Shown here piece by piece: positions 39,392 to 49,691 of a DNA stretch of 64,000 nucleotides (positions are counted from its first letter, which is position 1; every line of letters begins with the position of its first letter). The notes beneath the pieces were generated by a model. It made no database searches. It was not told the origin of the DNA and saw only the letters and a program-made list of their open reading frames with translations. Source of the stretch: Thiofilum sp. (GTDB taxonomy: Bacteria > Pseudomonadota > Gammaproteobacteria > Thiotrichales > Thiotrichaceae); contig NZ_JADJTF010000001.1 of the NCBI RefSeq assembly GCF_016711335.1, positions 2,321,401-2,385,400 on the forward strand, read 5' to 3'. The translations under genes were made by a program, and so were the position numbers.

Positions 39392-40225
39392 TTAATGGCG
39401 ACCAAAAAGACGCTGCAAGAAAGTTTTAGACTTAGGACTGTCATTGGCAGCAGGTCGCAAAGGCGTTTTCAGTGGGTCGATGCGTAGGGCAGGTATTGTA
39501 GGTACTGAGCTAGGCGCAAGGTTATCCACGATGGCCAAAGGGCGCTCCCACACGCAATAATGGGCTTCTTGTTCACCTACAAGCAATGCAGCAGCTTTAA
39601 TGCCTTCAGATAAAATAGGCGGACGACGTTCTACTCCATGCGCATCGGTCGCTATTATATGCACATAACCGTCTTGTAGGAATTGTTCCGCATATTTTTT
39701 AGCACTGCGTCCAAATTGTCCCGTAATAGCACCCGCTGTAATTTGAATCCAAGCCCCCATACGAGCCGCATCAGTAAACTGCTGGTAGTGCTCGCCTACC
39801 CAAGTTAAACGTTCGGGGTGAGTAATCAGTGGAACATATCCCGCATTTAAAAAATTTTCTACTTGTCCCAGAAAATCATTAACCGGAACATGATGTGAAG
39901 GCTCTAGGAGAAAATAGCGTGAATGATTAAGCGTTGGAATACGCCCCGTTTTTAACCCCCGCATAACATCCGGGACCATATGGGTATCTGCACCAATCAA
40001 TAACTTGAGTGGGATTTGAGCAAGATCTAACTGAGTTTGTAATGCATCCAGAGCCGGTGCAATCGTATTTGCACTATTTTCGTATAATCCCGGATAGATA
40101 TGAGGCGTACAGGCTAAATGCGTAATACCGTCTGCAACTGCCATACGCGCCATGGTCAGTGAGGTTTCTAGATCCTGCGACCCATCACATAGGGCGGGGA
40201 GTATGTGGCTATGTAAATCAATCAT
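39392..40225 (-). CDS. PHP-family protein-tyrosine phosphatase (CpsB/YwqE-like)
   Basis: ATG at 40225: MIDLHSHILPALCDG, then HLACTPH, ADTHM, ATDAHG metal-binding motifs. Cognate phosphatase of the BY-kinase. Confidence 0.7.
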   Translation of the reverse strand: MIDLHSHILPALCDGSQDLETSLTMARMAVADGITHLACTPHIYPGLYENSANTIAPALDALQTQLDLAQIPLKLLIGADTHMVPDVMRGLKTGRIPTLNHSRYFLLEPSHHVPVNDFLGQVENFLNAGYVPLITHPERLTWVGEHYQQFTDAARMGAWIQITAGAITGQFGRSAKKYAEQFLQDGYVHIIATDAHGVERRPPILSEGIKAAALLVGEQEAHYCVWERPLAIVDNLAPSSVPTIPALRIDPLKTPLRPAANDSPKSKTFLQRLFGRH

Positions 40226-40483
40226 ATAAGATTTTTGTAACACCAATTGGGGAAGCAAACCTTAGGCTAGTATAGCGCAACTTCTGTGTGAAGCGTTATA
40301 AATCTTATTTGGGTTTGAATTTAAAGTTAATGTCGATATTTTACTTGGCTTTGTAATAAGTAATTAATTTTATTATAATTTTAAAGAGTGGGTACAGTGT
40401 TTAGTATTTGTTAGAGGGTAGACACTTAGGTCTACCCCTACATTTTGTTGTTAAATATAACTACAGAGTTGAATTTAACAACT

Positions 40484-40867
40484 TTAAGATTTTGGTGTGG
40501 TTTTATCTACTTTTGCGGGTTGTTTAGTCGTTTCTGATGGTGGTGTATCTTTGGATAGGTTGGTTGGAGCTGGAGTACTGGTTTGAGTACTACCCAGTCC
40601 CTCGGTTAAAGAAATATCAGCTTTGATTTTCTCAAATAATTTAGGGCCAATGCCTTTCACTTCCTGAATTTCTTCTAGGGTTTTAAAACCACCCTTTTCA
40701 GTACGATAATCAATAATGGCTTGAGCTTTTTTCTCCCCTACACCTTTAAGCTGTTCTTGTAGAACCTTAATGTCTGCGGTATTGATATTGACTAACTCAG
40801 CTAAGACGGTTGAAGAAGAAATGAGACTCATAGCTAAGACAGTGGCTTTTATTAGTTGTTTTATCAT
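40484..40867 (-). CDS. comEA: ComEA-family helix-hairpin-helix DNA-binding protein
   Basis: Signal peptide, then VNINTADIKVLQEQLKGVGEKKAQAIIDYRTEKGGFKTLEEIQEVKGIGPKLFEKIK (HhH), then a Thr/Pro-rich tail. Confidence 0.75.
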   Translation of the reverse strand: MIKQLIKATVLAMSLISSSTVLAELVNINTADIKVLQEQLKGVGEKKAQAIIDYRTEKGGFKTLEEIQEVKGIGPKLFEKIKADISLTEGLGSTQTSTPAPTNLSKDTPPSETTKQPAKVDKTTPKS

Positions 40868-41037
40868 GGGGTTTACCTGAGTAGTTTATTATTATGGTTG
40901 ATTCAACCGTAAAGAAATTTATTATTTATTTTTATATGAAGCTAATTTTTCTGTATTAACGGTTGGTTTAGAGTGCTCCTTCTAAGGTGTAGGTAAAAGC
41001 TCGTTTTAGGTTATGTTGACATTTAATAAGCTCAAAT

Positions 41038-41137
41038 GTAGAGGTTTTGATCATAGGTGGTTTGGTTCATGGTGCTACCTGTGTATTGGAAGAGATAGCC
41101 ATCGAAGGGGATGTAGGTTTGTGTTAAAGCTGGCATT
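41038..41137 (-). pseudogene. Decayed stub: 5' end of a Uma2-like gene (MPALTQTYIPFDGY...) joined to the 5' end of a DUF29-like gene (MNQTTYDQNLY...)
   Basis: 41093-41140 is about 88 % identical to 44921-44970 (the Uma2 no. 2 start region). 41038-41090 is about 89 % identical to 44206-44258 (the DUF29 start region). Confidence 0.6.
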
Positions 41138-41144
41138 GCCATTC

Positions 41145-41744
41145 CTACTTAAAATCAACGTCTTCATAAAAATCGGTAATTGGGCAGCATAAGCCTACAC
41201 AGGTGAGTTCTACGTTGCTATTCTCGCCTGCAAAGCTAAATAGTTCCCATCGGTGGTTTTCGTTGAGGCGAAAAACTTGTACAAGGTATTGCGTAGGGTC
41301 AATTAACACATATTCACGCAGACTGGTTAGCTGGCGATAGGCATCAAATTTACCACCTTTGTCATAGTCTTTGGTACTTTCCGAGAGTACTTCAATCACT
41401 AGAATAGGTGCATATTTAGTGGTGTTGTGCTCGCGGTCATTGGGGTTGCAGGTGACCATGACATCAGGGTAGAAATAGGCTTTATCGTTGGCGTCGATTT
41501 TGAGGCGCATATCAGACATGTAAAGGCTACAGCCTGAGCCGCGAAGATGTGTTTTTAGTGCGTAGTGTACATTGCCTGTCACTTTAACATGCGCATCGGT
41601 AGCCCCCGCCATATTGGTGATAGGATTCCAATGTAAAGGGTAGACAAAGCCATTCAGGTACTCGTGTTTCTCGGTGGCAACTGTTTCAGTAGCTAAGTAA
41701 TCAGCTTCGGTGATAACAGGCTGTTCAGCGAGGTTGCGACTCAT
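41145..41744 (-). CDS. Uma2-family (DUF820) putative PD-(D/E)XK endonuclease, copy 1
   Basis: 199-aa ORF: EYLNGFVYPL ... YPDVMVTC ... ILVIEVLSESTKDYDKGGKFDAYRQLTSLREYVLID are the Uma2 family motifs. Confidence 0.75.
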   Translation of the reverse strand: MSRNLAEQPVITEADYLATETVATEKHEYLNGFVYPLHWNPITNMAGATDAHVKVTGNVHYALKTHLRGSGCSLYMSDMRLKIDANDKAYFYPDVMVTCNPNDREHNTTKYAPILVIEVLSESTKDYDKGGKFDAYRQLTSLREYVLIDPTQYLVQVFRLNENHRWELFSFAGENSNVELTCVGLCCPITDFYEDVDFK

Positions 41745-41834
41745 GACATATACCTATGTTTTATTGGAGTTAGGTGTCGAGTATAGCAGTTTAGCGTTGG
41801 AGTTGCAGATAGGCTTGGGCGCTTAGTTCAGTCC

Positions 41835-43844
41835 TTAACTCGAAGAGGCTTGTTTTAGGGGAAAGGGGATAATGATGTTAGGGAGAAGGGTAGTAGCTTG
41901 AGAAACATTTGAGGGAGGAGCGTGGTGTTCATTACTAGCGGGTAATGATAACTCGGTTGGGAGGTGAGTGGGTTTGAAACCATTAACATGTTGTAATAGT
42001 AGTTGATAAATCGTATGCAAATCACGTTGGGAGCAGGCGTATTGTAGTGAGTTAATCACTTGTTGGATTTTAGGCCAAGTTAAGTAGTCTTCATAGGCTT
42101 GGCGGATGCGAGGGTGTTGTGTGGTTTGCGCATTATCATCAATCAGTAACTCTTCATAAAGTTTTTCGCCCGGTCTTAAGCCACTAAACTCAATAGCAAT
42201 ATCGCCGTAAGGGTTGGTTTCATCCTTAACCGATAAGCCCTTCAAGTGAATCATGCGCCGCGCTAGATCGACAATTTTAACAGGCTCACCCATATCCAAT
42301 AAGAACACTTCCCCTCCCTTAGCTAAAGCACCTGCTTGGATCACTAACTGTGCTGCTTCAGGAATGGTCATAAAATAACGAATAATGTCAGGATGGGTGA
42401 CAGTAATCGGGCCACCTTGCTGGATTTGTTTGCGGAATAAGGGGACGACTGAACCGGACGAGCCTAATACATTGCCAAAACGTACCATGCTAAATTGAGT
42501 ATATTGGGATTGCTCGGAGATACCCTGTAATACTAATTCAGCCATGCGTTTGCTAGCGCCCATGACATTAGTGGGGCGCACAGCTTTGTCAGTAGAAATT
42601 AATACAAAGTGCTTGACCTTATGAGCGAGTGCTGCCTGTGCAGTATGATAAGTGCCTAAAGTATTATTGCGTATGCCCTCAATCGGGTTGTGCTCAACGA
42701 GGGGAACATGCTTATAAGCGGCGGCATGGTAGAGCGTTTGAATCTGGTGGGTTTTAATGGTTTCATCAAGTCGCTGGCGGTCTTGTACCGAACCTAACAC
42801 TGGGGTAATAGGGATAGTTAAACCTTCACTGCGATTAATTTCCAAAAGTTCATGTTCAATTTGATACAGGGCATATTCACTCAGTTCGTAAAGCACGATA
42901 GAGCTAGGTTGTTGACGGATAATTTGGCGGCAGAGTTCTGATCCTATAGAGCCACCCGCACCCGTGACCATGACATGGTGATGGTGGATACATTGGCTTA
43001 GTAACTCTTGATTGGGTGCTACTGCTTCACGCCCCAGTAGCTCATCTATATCAATCTCGCGTACTTCCTCAATGGAACGCTGCCCGGATAATAGCTCAGT
43101 CATGCTAGGTATAGTGCGTACATGTACCGGCAGTGGCTCTAAGGCTTGGATAATTTGGCGCTTGCGGGTGTGAGAGATGAGTGGCATGGCTAAGAAGATG
43201 TGTTTCACCCCATAATGTTCAATCAAATGTGTCGCTTGTTCGGGTGAGTGAATAGATAAGCCCTGAATTAGAGACTTATGTAGGCTGGGATTATCATCTA
43301 AAAAAGCTACTGCACGATAATGTTCGCTATGTTCTAGGGCTGAGGCTAGTTGTGCGCCTGATTGTCCAGCGCCGTAGATAATAATGGAGGCGCGTTGTTG
43401 TTGGTGTTGTCGTGAGTTGAGTAGTTGATAATAGCGGCGCATCAGGTAGCGACTACCACCAGTAAATAATAAAGCGGTTCCCCAGTAGATAGGGTAAATA
43501 GATTGAGGGATGCCTTTCCAATTGGCAAGCGTTGCTATGACCCAGAGCACCAATGTGCTTAAGGTTACCCCTATAATCACTGATTGTAAGGCGCGTACTC
43601 CCATAAAACGGATAATAGAGCGATAGAGTCCGAGCCTAGTAAAGATGATCAACGTCACTAGGGGAGCAACTAGCATAAGCCAAAGTCCATCATTGAGCTT
43701 GGGTGTCCAAGTGCTAAGACGTAGGGCAAAGCTAACCCAAATGGCAAAAGGGAGTATGAGCAGATCTGCACCAAGCATGATGATGCGTTTTTGCCAGCGG
43801 GGTAGGGCGAATAGGGTATGTAGGGATTGAGGTGGATTAAACAT
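41835..43844 (-). CDS. Membrane-bound UDP-N-acetylglucosamine 4,6-dehydratase-type polysaccharide biosynthesis protein (PglF/WbpM/CapD family)
   Basis: Four N-terminal TM helices, a first Rossmann domain (IIYGAGQSG), and an SDR catalytic domain (VMVTGAGGSIGSEL ... YHAAAYKHVPL ... TDKAV). Confidence 0.8.
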   Translation of the reverse strand: MFNPPQSLHTLFALPRWQKRIIMLGADLLILPFAIWVSFALRLSTWTPKLNDGLWLMLVAPLVTLIIFTRLGLYRSIIRFMGVRALQSVIIGVTLSTLVLWVIATLANWKGIPQSIYPIYWGTALLFTGGSRYLMRRYYQLLNSRQHQQQRASIIIYGAGQSGAQLASALEHSEHYRAVAFLDDNPSLHKSLIQGLSIHSPEQATHLIEHYGVKHIFLAMPLISHTRKRQIIQALEPLPVHVRTIPSMTELLSGQRSIEEVREIDIDELLGREAVAPNQELLSQCIHHHHVMVTGAGGSIGSELCRQIIRQQPSSIVLYELSEYALYQIEHELLEINRSEGLTIPITPVLGSVQDRQRLDETIKTHQIQTLYHAAAYKHVPLVEHNPIEGIRNNTLGTYHTAQAALAHKVKHFVLISTDKAVRPTNVMGASKRMAELVLQGISEQSQYTQFSMVRFGNVLGSSGSVVPLFRKQIQQGGPITVTHPDIIRYFMTIPEAAQLVIQAGALAKGGEVFLLDMGEPVKIVDLARRMIHLKGLSVKDETNPYGDIAIEFSGLRPGEKLYEELLIDDNAQTTQHPRIRQAYEDYLTWPKIQQVINSLQYACSQRDLHTIYQLLLQHVNGFKPTHLPTELSLPASNEHHAPPSNVSQATTLLPNIIIPFPLKQASSS

Positions 43845-43998
43845 AGTTATAGGCTCTGAGGCTGTTTATAGTGCTTGTATGTAGCCGGTTTTTAAGAAAG
43901 TTATGAGATTATTAGAGTTATTGTACTACCCGATCTCTTTGTCCTTAAAAGTATGGGTGAGCCGACGGTTAAGCCGAAGGCAGAAAAATGAGTTTAGC

Positions 43999-44238
43999 TT
44001 ACATTATAATATTATTAAGAATCAGCACCCGGTAGGCGGGTTGGTATTGCCATTTCAGCAGGTGCATGAGCAGAGTTTCCAAAAAGGATTGCAAGGCACG
44101 CTTTTCGGATTTACTCATGTCCTCGATTTCCTCGATGATGTGTTCCCAATCTACTTGATCGAATTTGCGTTCGCGCAGGAGTTGTGCTTGTTGTAATGAC
44201 CAAGTGTAGAGGTCTTGGTCGTAGGTGGCTTGGTTCAT
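43999..44238 (-). CDS. DUF29-family protein
   Basis: 79-aa ORF MNQATYDQDLYTWSLQQAQLLRERKFDQVDWEHIIEEIEDMSKSEKRALQSFLETLLMHLLKWQYQP, the canonical DUF29 helix bundle. Confidence 0.7.
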   Translation of the reverse strand: MNQATYDQDLYTWSLQQAQLLRERKFDQVDWEHIIEEIEDMSKSEKRALQSFLETLLMHLLKWQYQPAYRVLILNNIIM

Positions 44239-44364
44239 GGTGCTACCTGTGTATTGGGTGGGATAGATAAGCGGGCGGGTTCGCCGTGCCTACTTGCGCC
44301 GTAGATGTAGTTACGTTTTCCCTGCATATTATCAGGTCAACTCATTGGGGCGATGCTGTAGTGT

Positions 44365-44970
44365 TTATCCGTTTTTTTGCATGGGGAATGGAACATCTAA
44401 CCCGACTTCACGCCTGACTCTGCGGTAGATATGGTGTACGGCTATTTCTAAACCAACCGATTCCAGCATTAGGGTGTCTTCGGCGTAATAGGATTCTAAT
44501 TGCCAATGGGTGCGGCGGCGGTAAACCCGTAGATAGGGCGTTTCTTGCGAAACCACGACGTATTCCAGCAGGGTAGGAATTTGGGTGTAATTATCGAATT
44601 TTTCTTTGAGGTCAACCCGCTTGGTTGAGCCAGATAGCACTTCGACAATCAGTATGGGGTTAGTGCGGTAATACGGGTCGTCAGTATTTTCACCACAAGC
44701 TGCCATGATGTCAGGGTAATAGGAAAACGGTTTGTTGTCGCGGGTTTTTCCAATCACTTTCATGTCAGATTGCCAGACGCGACAGGTGTCTTTCAGGGCA
44801 TTATCGATAGCAGAACCAAGTGTATGAGCGATGGTGTTATGGGTTTCACTAGCGCCTGCCATGGCGTAGATTTCACCCTCCACGTATTCGCTGCGGGTAT
44901 CTACGTCGCGTTCGCCTTCCAGATAGTCATCGAAGGGGATGTAAGTTTGTTTTAAAGCTTGCATTACCAT
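44365..44970 (-). CDS. Uma2-family (DUF820) putative endonuclease, copy 2
   Basis: EYVEGEIYAM ... YPDIMAACG ... ILIVEVLSGSTKRVDLKEKFDNYTQIPTLLEYVVV, paralogous to 41145..41744. Confidence 0.75.
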   Translation of the reverse strand: MVMQALKQTYIPFDDYLEGERDVDTRSEYVEGEIYAMAGASETHNTIAHTLGSAIDNALKDTCRVWQSDMKVIGKTRDNKPFSYYPDIMAACGENTDDPYYRTNPILIVEVLSGSTKRVDLKEKFDNYTQIPTLLEYVVVSQETPYLRVYRRRTHWQLESYYAEDTLMLESVGLEIAVHHIYRRVRREVGLDVPFPMQKNG

Positions 44971-45010
44971 AGGATTGCTTCCGCTCTACTGTGTTGATTT
45001 AGTAAATATT

Positions 45011-45284
45011 TCAACAAGTATAGCAAATTAGCGCTGGTTTTGCTGGTAGGCTTGGGCGGTCTGGTGTAGGGCTTTGTCGACGCTGACGGGGGGCAAGCCA
45101 AGCAAGTCGCGGGTTTTGCTGATGTCGATTTGTAGGTGGTCGCAGAAGTGTTGGGTGATGGCGTGCGTGCCCATTAGGATTAGTGCGGTTTCTAGCCAGC
45201 CTTGGGGGATGGGGAGTAAGCGTGCAGGTTTGCCTAAGGCGTAGCTGAGGCATTGCAGGAGTTCGGTGATGGAAAGGTCTTCGC
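45011..45284 (-). pseudogene. C-terminal roughly 90-aa remnant of an NAD-dependent sugar epimerase/dehydratase (GalE/WbpV-like), lacking its N-terminus
   Basis: Minus-strand frame reads [85 protein letters not shown], a typical epimerase C-terminus. No upstream continuation. The ORF-track 80-aa Pro/Arg-rich ORF is in a different frame. Confidence 0.55.
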
Positions 45285-45878
45285 CTAGCTCACAATGGCT
45301 CTAAACGTGCGCATGATCAGTATGAGGTCTAACAGTACGTTGTGGTTGGTGGCATATTGAGTGTAATAGCGAAGCTTAATCGGCAGTATGGTTTCTTTGT
45401 AAGTTTGTTCGGGATTATCAGATTGCCCTAGCAGGGTATTTTCATTTTTGAATTCGATGGATGCTAGATCCGTAATGCCGGGTTTAACGGAGAGTACGAC
45501 TTCACGCAGGTGCTCTGGGTAACAGGCGACGTATTTGGGGACTTCGGGGCGAGGACCGACTAAACTCATCTTGCCGATGACAACATCGATCAGTTGTGGG
45601 AGTTCGTCGAGCTTATAGTAGCGCAGAAACGCACCGGAGCGAGTGATGCGGCTGTCATTGCCAACCGTAATTTGCAGGCCACGCTTTTCTGCATCCGTTA
45701 CCATAGTGCGGAATTTGTGGATGCGGAAGGTTTTGCCGAATTGTCCAACTCGTTCTTGGCGAAAGAAAATGGGACCGAGAGAATCCCACTTAATCCAGAC
45801 TGCAATTATCAGAAAAAGTGGGCTAAGTAAAATTAAACCTACAGTGGCAAAGAAAAAGTCGAAGAGTCGTTTTGACAT
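45285..45878 (-). CDS. Bacterial sugar transferase (PglC / WbaP C-terminal-like initiating phosphoglycosyl transferase)
   Basis: Single re-entrant helix ([19 protein letters not shown]), [10 protein letters not shown], and the [22 protein letters not shown] catalytic motif. Confidence 0.8.
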   Translation of the reverse strand: MSKRLFDFFFATVGLILLSPLFLIIAVWIKWDSLGPIFFRQERVGQFGKTFRIHKFRTMVTDAEKRGLQITVGNDSRITRSGAFLRYYKLDELPQLIDVVIGKMSLVGPRPEVPKYVACYPEHLREVVLSVKPGITDLASIEFKNENTLLGQSDNPEQTYKETILPIKLRYYTQYATNHNVLLDLILIMRTFRAIVS

Positions 45879-47038
45879 TCTTGTAGAATTCCCTTAATGG
45901 CGTTGATAACTCTTGTTTGGTCTTCATCTGTCATTTTGGTGTAGAGAGGCAAACTCACCGCTTGTTCATACGTTGCTAGACTATAAGGGAAATCTTGTGG
46001 TTGTAAGTGATAGCTATCACGCCAATAGGGATGTAGGTGTAAAGGGATGAAATGAACACTGCAACCAATGCCATGTTCTGCCATCGCTTCGATAAATTGG
46101 TTACGCTCGATACCCATTTGTGGGGTTAAGCGTAGCACATATAAATGCCAAGCGTGTAAATCGCCATCCAGTGCGCTAGGTGGGAAGAGCAGGGGTAAGT
46201 CTGCGAGTTCACGGGTGTAGCGTTCTGCCATTTCCTGACGACGTTGTTGGAAACGGTTAGCTTTCTGTAATTGATGGATACCAAGTGAAGAAGCTAAATC
46301 AGTAAGATTGTATTTGAAGCCGGGGGCTACCACTTCATAATGCCAAGCGGGTTTGTTGGAGGTGTAGCGGTCGAAAGCATCGCGGCTAATACCATGTAAG
46401 CGCATGATTTTGCAGCGGGCGGCTATTTCTGGGTTGCGTGTCACGATCATGCCGCCTTCGCCGGTGGTGATGGTTTTGGTGGCGTAGAAGCTGAAAACGG
46501 TGACATCGCTATCCAGTGAGCCAATTAGCTGATCTTGGTAGCGCGTGGGAAGAGCGTGGGCGGCATCTTCCACTACTTTGAGGTTGTGTTTACGGGCAAT
46601 CGTTAAAATGCTCGTCATATCACAGGCTAAACCGGCGAAGTGGACGGGGATGATCGCTTTGGTTTTAGGGGTAATGGCTGCTTCAATTTTGTTGGGGTCG
46701 ATATTGAAGGTGTTGGGGGCAATATCAACAAAGACAGGGTGTGCGCCTAAGTACCGGATGACTTCGGCGGTGGCTGTGAAGGTGTAGGGTGTGGTGATGA
46801 CTTCATCGCCTGCGCTGATACCGATAGCTTCGAGTGCTAAATGCAAGCCAGCAGTGGCAGAGTTGACGGAAATGGCTTCACAATTACCACCGATGAATTC
46901 AGCGAAGTCGGATTCAAAGCGTTTGGTTTTGGGACCGGTTGTTACCCAGCCTGAGCGCAGAGAGTCAATAACTTCGTTAATTTCAGCTTCGTCAATATCA
47001 GGTAGGGCAAAAGGCAAGAAGTTATTGAGGTTGTTCAT
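45839..47038 (-). CDS. DegT/DnrJ/EryC1/StrS-family PLP aminotransferase (PglE-like sugar 4-aminotransferase)
   Basis: [23 protein letters not shown] (PLP Lys region), and a GxxGxxG-like N-terminus. Confidence 0.8.
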   Translation of the reverse strand: MNNLNNFLPFALPDIDEAEINEVIDSLRSGWVTTGPKTKRFESDFAEFIGGNCEAISVNSATAGLHLALEAIGISAGDEVITTPYTFTATAEVIRYLGAHPVFVDIAPNTFNIDPNKIEAAITPKTKAIIPVHFAGLACDMTSILTIARKHNLKVVEDAAHALPTRYQDQLIGSLDSDVTVFSFYATKTITTGEGGMIVTRNPEIAARCKIMRLHGISRDAFDRYTSNKPAWHYEVVAPGFKYNLTDLASSLGIHQLQKANRFQQRRQEMAERYTRELADLPLLFPPSALDGDLHAWHLYVLRLTPQMGIERNQFIEAMAEHGIGCSVHFIPLHLHPYWRDSYHLQPQDFPYSLATYEQAVSLPLYTKMTDEDQTRVINAIKGILQECQNDSSTFSLPL

Positions 47039-47625
47039 GTTTTATTCTCTAATTGCTTTTCCATATAATATTGTCCCTTGATATACCCTGTGATTATGAA
47101 GCCTGATTTTATGTAAAAATTAATAGCTACTAAGTTAGAGCAGGTGACATATAAGCCGAGTCTTTTAATTTGGTTGTGTCTACAGTATTCAAAAGCCCAC
47201 TCCATTAAACAGGTTCCAACTCCCTTGGTATCAGGGCGAGCTGCAATAGATAAGATAATATCACTAGCTTCAACAAATGATTCACTATGTTGAAAACTGT
47301 GCTTGAGTTTTTTTAATAAAATTTTAAGTAGCAGCTTGGGTTTAAAAATAAAGTAAAAGAATAATTCCACTCTTTCCTTTTGTTTGAATTGACTGATTTT
47401 TGATGGCAAATCTTTTCCAAAAAAAAGGAAGCCAAGCAAGTTGTTTTTTTGTTGGTTAAGACAAGCTATGGAAACAACATCATTACTTAAAAATAAGGAG
47501 TAGTATTTTTCTAATAGTTTTTGACTAAGACTTCCTGAAAGATGATCTTTTGGATAGCTTTCTCTATGAGTTTTAGCGACTTCGCTTATCTGGTCTTTTG
47601 TTATCGGCTCAACTAAATACTTCAT
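47035..47625 (-). CDS. GNAT-family N-acetyltransferase (AT-rich, possibly WecD-like sugar N-acetyltransferase)
   Basis: 196-aa ORF with acetyl-CoA motif A region ([16 protein letters not shown]). Low GC matches the following O-antigen block. Confidence 0.55.
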   Translation of the reverse strand: MKYLVEPITKDQISEVAKTHRESYPKDHLSGSLSQKLLEKYYSLFLSNDVVSIACLNQQKNNLLGFLFFGKDLPSKISQFKQKERVELFFYFIFKPKLLLKILLKKLKHSFQHSESFVEASDIILSIAARPDTKGVGTCLMEWAFEYCRHNQIKRLGLYVTCSNLVAINFYIKSGFIITGYIKGQYYMEKQLENKT

Positions 47626-48746
47626 TGATTTATCTCGAATGAATTTACTACTGAACTAATTAGCATGGCTTGATCTGTTGTTAGAGTAGGTGATATTGGC
47701 AGACTTATTACTTGACGATGTATCTGTTCTGTCAATAAATATTCATGATTGTTCCACTGCTTAAAGGCTTGTTGTTGGTGAGGTGCTATAGGATAATGAA
47801 TGAGTGTTTGTATGCCAGCAATATTTAAATGTTTTTGTAATGATTCGCGATTTGATGTTCGGATGACATATAGATGAAAAACATGTCCATCTAGTGATTC
47901 TAATGTGCTTTCTAAAGAAATGGGTGTCTGAATGTCTTTATGGTTAATATGCTTGGTGTAAGCAAGTGCAACCTCTTTACGATGTTTTATTTCTTTATCA
48001 AGATACTTGAGTTTTACTCGCAATATAGCCGCCTGCATTTCATCGAGTCGGCTATTTAGACCCTGATAGATATTTTCATATTTTTTATGACTGCCGTAGT
48101 TGCCAATAGCTCTGACCGTATTAGCTAACTCATCATCGTTAGTCGTAACCGCACCTGCATCACCTAATGCACCTAAGTTCTTACCAGGGTAGAAACTAAA
48201 ACCTGAAGCATCCCCCCAGCTACCTGCTCTTTTCCCATTAAGAGATGCTCCATGGGCTTGAGCAGAGTCTTCTAGAACTAACAAGTTGTGAGTTTTAGCT
48301 ATAGCAATAATTTCAGGCATTGGAGCAAGCTGACCGTATAAATGTACCGCGAGTATGGCTTTTGTGTTAGGCGTAATTGCTTGTTCAATTAGATCTGGAT
48401 TGATATTGTAAGTAGTAATGTCAGGCTCTACTAATATAGGTATTAGTCTGTTCTCCGTGATAGCCAATATAGAAGCAATGTAAGTATTTGCTGGAACAAT
48501 AATCTCATCACCTTCCTTAAGCTTTCCTAGTTCTTTCCAAGCTCGTAATACTAGAATGAGAGCATCTAAGCCATTGGCAACACCGATGCAATGTTTAGTT
48601 CCACAATAGTCAGAAAATTCACGCTCAAAGCTGTACACTTGCTCACCTTGAATATACCAGCCAGAGTCAATAACCTGCCTAACTGCTTCTGTTAATTCAT
48701 CCTTGTATTGTGAATTAACTGCTTTTAGATCTAAAAAATTAATCAA
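47622..48746 (-). CDS. DegT-family aminotransferase (FdtB/QdtB-like dTDP-3-keto-6-deoxyhexose 3-aminotransferase)
   Basis: PLP motifs ([18 protein letters not shown]). Sits between FdtC-like and GNAT genes, downstream of FdtA. Confidence 0.7.
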   Translation of the reverse strand: MINFLDLKAVNSQYKDELTEAVRQVIDSGWYIQGEQVYSFEREFSDYCGTKHCIGVANGLDALILVLRAWKELGKLKEGDEIIVPANTYIASILAITENRLIPILVEPDITTYNINPDLIEQAITPNTKAILAVHLYGQLAPMPEIIAIAKTHNLLVLEDSAQAHGASLNGKRAGSWGDASGFSFYPGKNLGALGDAGAVTTNDDELANTVRAIGNYGSHKKYENIYQGLNSRLDEMQAAILRVKLKYLDKEIKHRKEVALAYTKHINHKDIQTPISLESTLESLDGHVFHLYVIRTSNRESLQKHLNIAGIQTLIHYPIAPHQQQAFKQWNNHEYLLTEQIHRQVISLPISPTLTTDQAMLISSVVNSFEINQ

Positions 48747-49306
48747 GTTGCTTGCCTATTTAAAGTATTTTCGTTAAGTTGATAACCTGCCAAGCAGGCT
48801 GGACACGTATAATTTTCCAGTTTTGTACCACATTCACAAACATATCCATATTGTTTTGCAGGGTTACCATATACTAATGCATAAGGTACGATATTTTTAG
48901 TGACTACACTACCTGCACCTACCATGGCATAAGCTCCGATTTCAATACCACCAATGATCGTAGAGTTCGCTCCAATAGATGCGTGATGATTAATAACTGT
49001 TGATAAAAAGCTGATGGGGCGTTGTTTAGAGCGTGGTGTGAAATCATTGGTGAAAGTTACATTTGGACCAATAAAGACATTATTCCCAACTCGCAGACCA
49101 TCCCATAATTGAACGCCTGATTTTATAGTAACATTATCACCGATCACGACATCATTTTCGATTAATGTTAAAGCATTGATGTTGCAATTATTCCCGATTT
49201 TTGCTTTTGCTAAAATAACGCTGAATTGCCAAATTGTAGTATTTTCACCAATATGGCTAGTTTGCACATCTGCTAGAGGATGAATGTTAGAATTGGTTAG
49301 TGACAT
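48743..49306 (-). CDS. Left-handed beta-helix (hexapeptide) N-acetyltransferase, FdtC/QdtC-like, with a C-terminal CxxC...CxxC tail
   Basis: Hexapeptide repeats ([25 protein letters not shown]...). Ends [17 protein letters not shown]. Confidence 0.65.
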   Translation of the reverse strand: MSLTNSNIHPLADVQTSHIGENTTIWQFSVILAKAKIGNNCNINALTLIENDVVIGDNVTIKSGVQLWDGLRVGNNVFIGPNVTFTNDFTPRSKQRPISFLSTVINHHASIGANSTIIGGIEIGAYAMVGAGSVVTKNIVPYALVYGNPAKQYGYVCECGTKLENYTCPACLAGYQLNENTLNRQAT

Positions 49307-49691
49307 TTAAAAACTCTTGATAGTCACGAATATAATCGTTTTCATCGTAGTATTGGTTAGCTAGAACCATCAGTACGCAATCTGAGGTAAAGTTGTGCAT
49401 CTCTCTCCAAGTCAAGTCCTCAATAATTAAACCAACAGTGGAGTTATCGAGCGTGATTTCCTCTCGCTGTTTTCCATTGTCTAATATAAATTGACAAGAA
49501 CCCGTAACACATACAGCTAGTTGTTTTAGATTCCTATGTGCATGAAAGCCACGTGATACACCATGTTTTGTTCCAAAAATATAGTAAACGCGCTTTATTT
49601 CAAAGGGTACACTTTTATTAGCTTCCAGCGCGACTAATGAACCACGTTCATCACCAAGCGGTTTAAAATTTACAGTTTTTATTAAACTCAT
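49287..49691 (-). CDS. dTDP-4-keto-6-deoxyglucose 3,4-ketoisomerase (FdtA/QdtA, WxcM-like cupin)
   Basis: [14 protein letters not shown] ... [25 protein letters not shown] is the FdtA signature. Confidence 0.7.
   Translation of the reverse strand: MSLIKTVNFKPLGDERGSLVALEANKSVPFEIKRVYYIFGTKHGVSRGFHAHRNLKQLAVCVTGSCQFILDNGKQREEITLDNSTVGLIIEDLTWREMHNFTSDCVLMVLANQYYDENDYIRDYQEFLNVTNQF

Noticed and set aside
32894-40258. Possibility that the ligase/Wzc/Wza/PHP block is a PEP-CTERM/exosortase-type EPS locus
   Set aside because: No exosortase (EpsH) or PEP-CTERM proteins are present in the window, so only the generic Wzy-dependent export annotation is given.
40416-40437. Perfect 8-bp hairpin gggtagac-actta-gtctaccc followed by cta-cattttgttgtt between the PHP phosphatase and comEA
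   Set aside because: The T-rich tract follows on the + strand but both neighbouring genes are on the minus strand. On the minus strand there is no U-tract. Not called as a terminator; it could be a regulatory dyad.
45011-45253. 80-aa Pro/Arg-rich ORF from the six-frame track (MPQLRLRQTCTLTPHPPRLARNRTNPNGHARHHP...)
   Set aside because: Low-complexity translation of the wrong frame. The real coding frame on the same strand gives a clean epimerase C-terminal fragment, reported above as a pseudogene.
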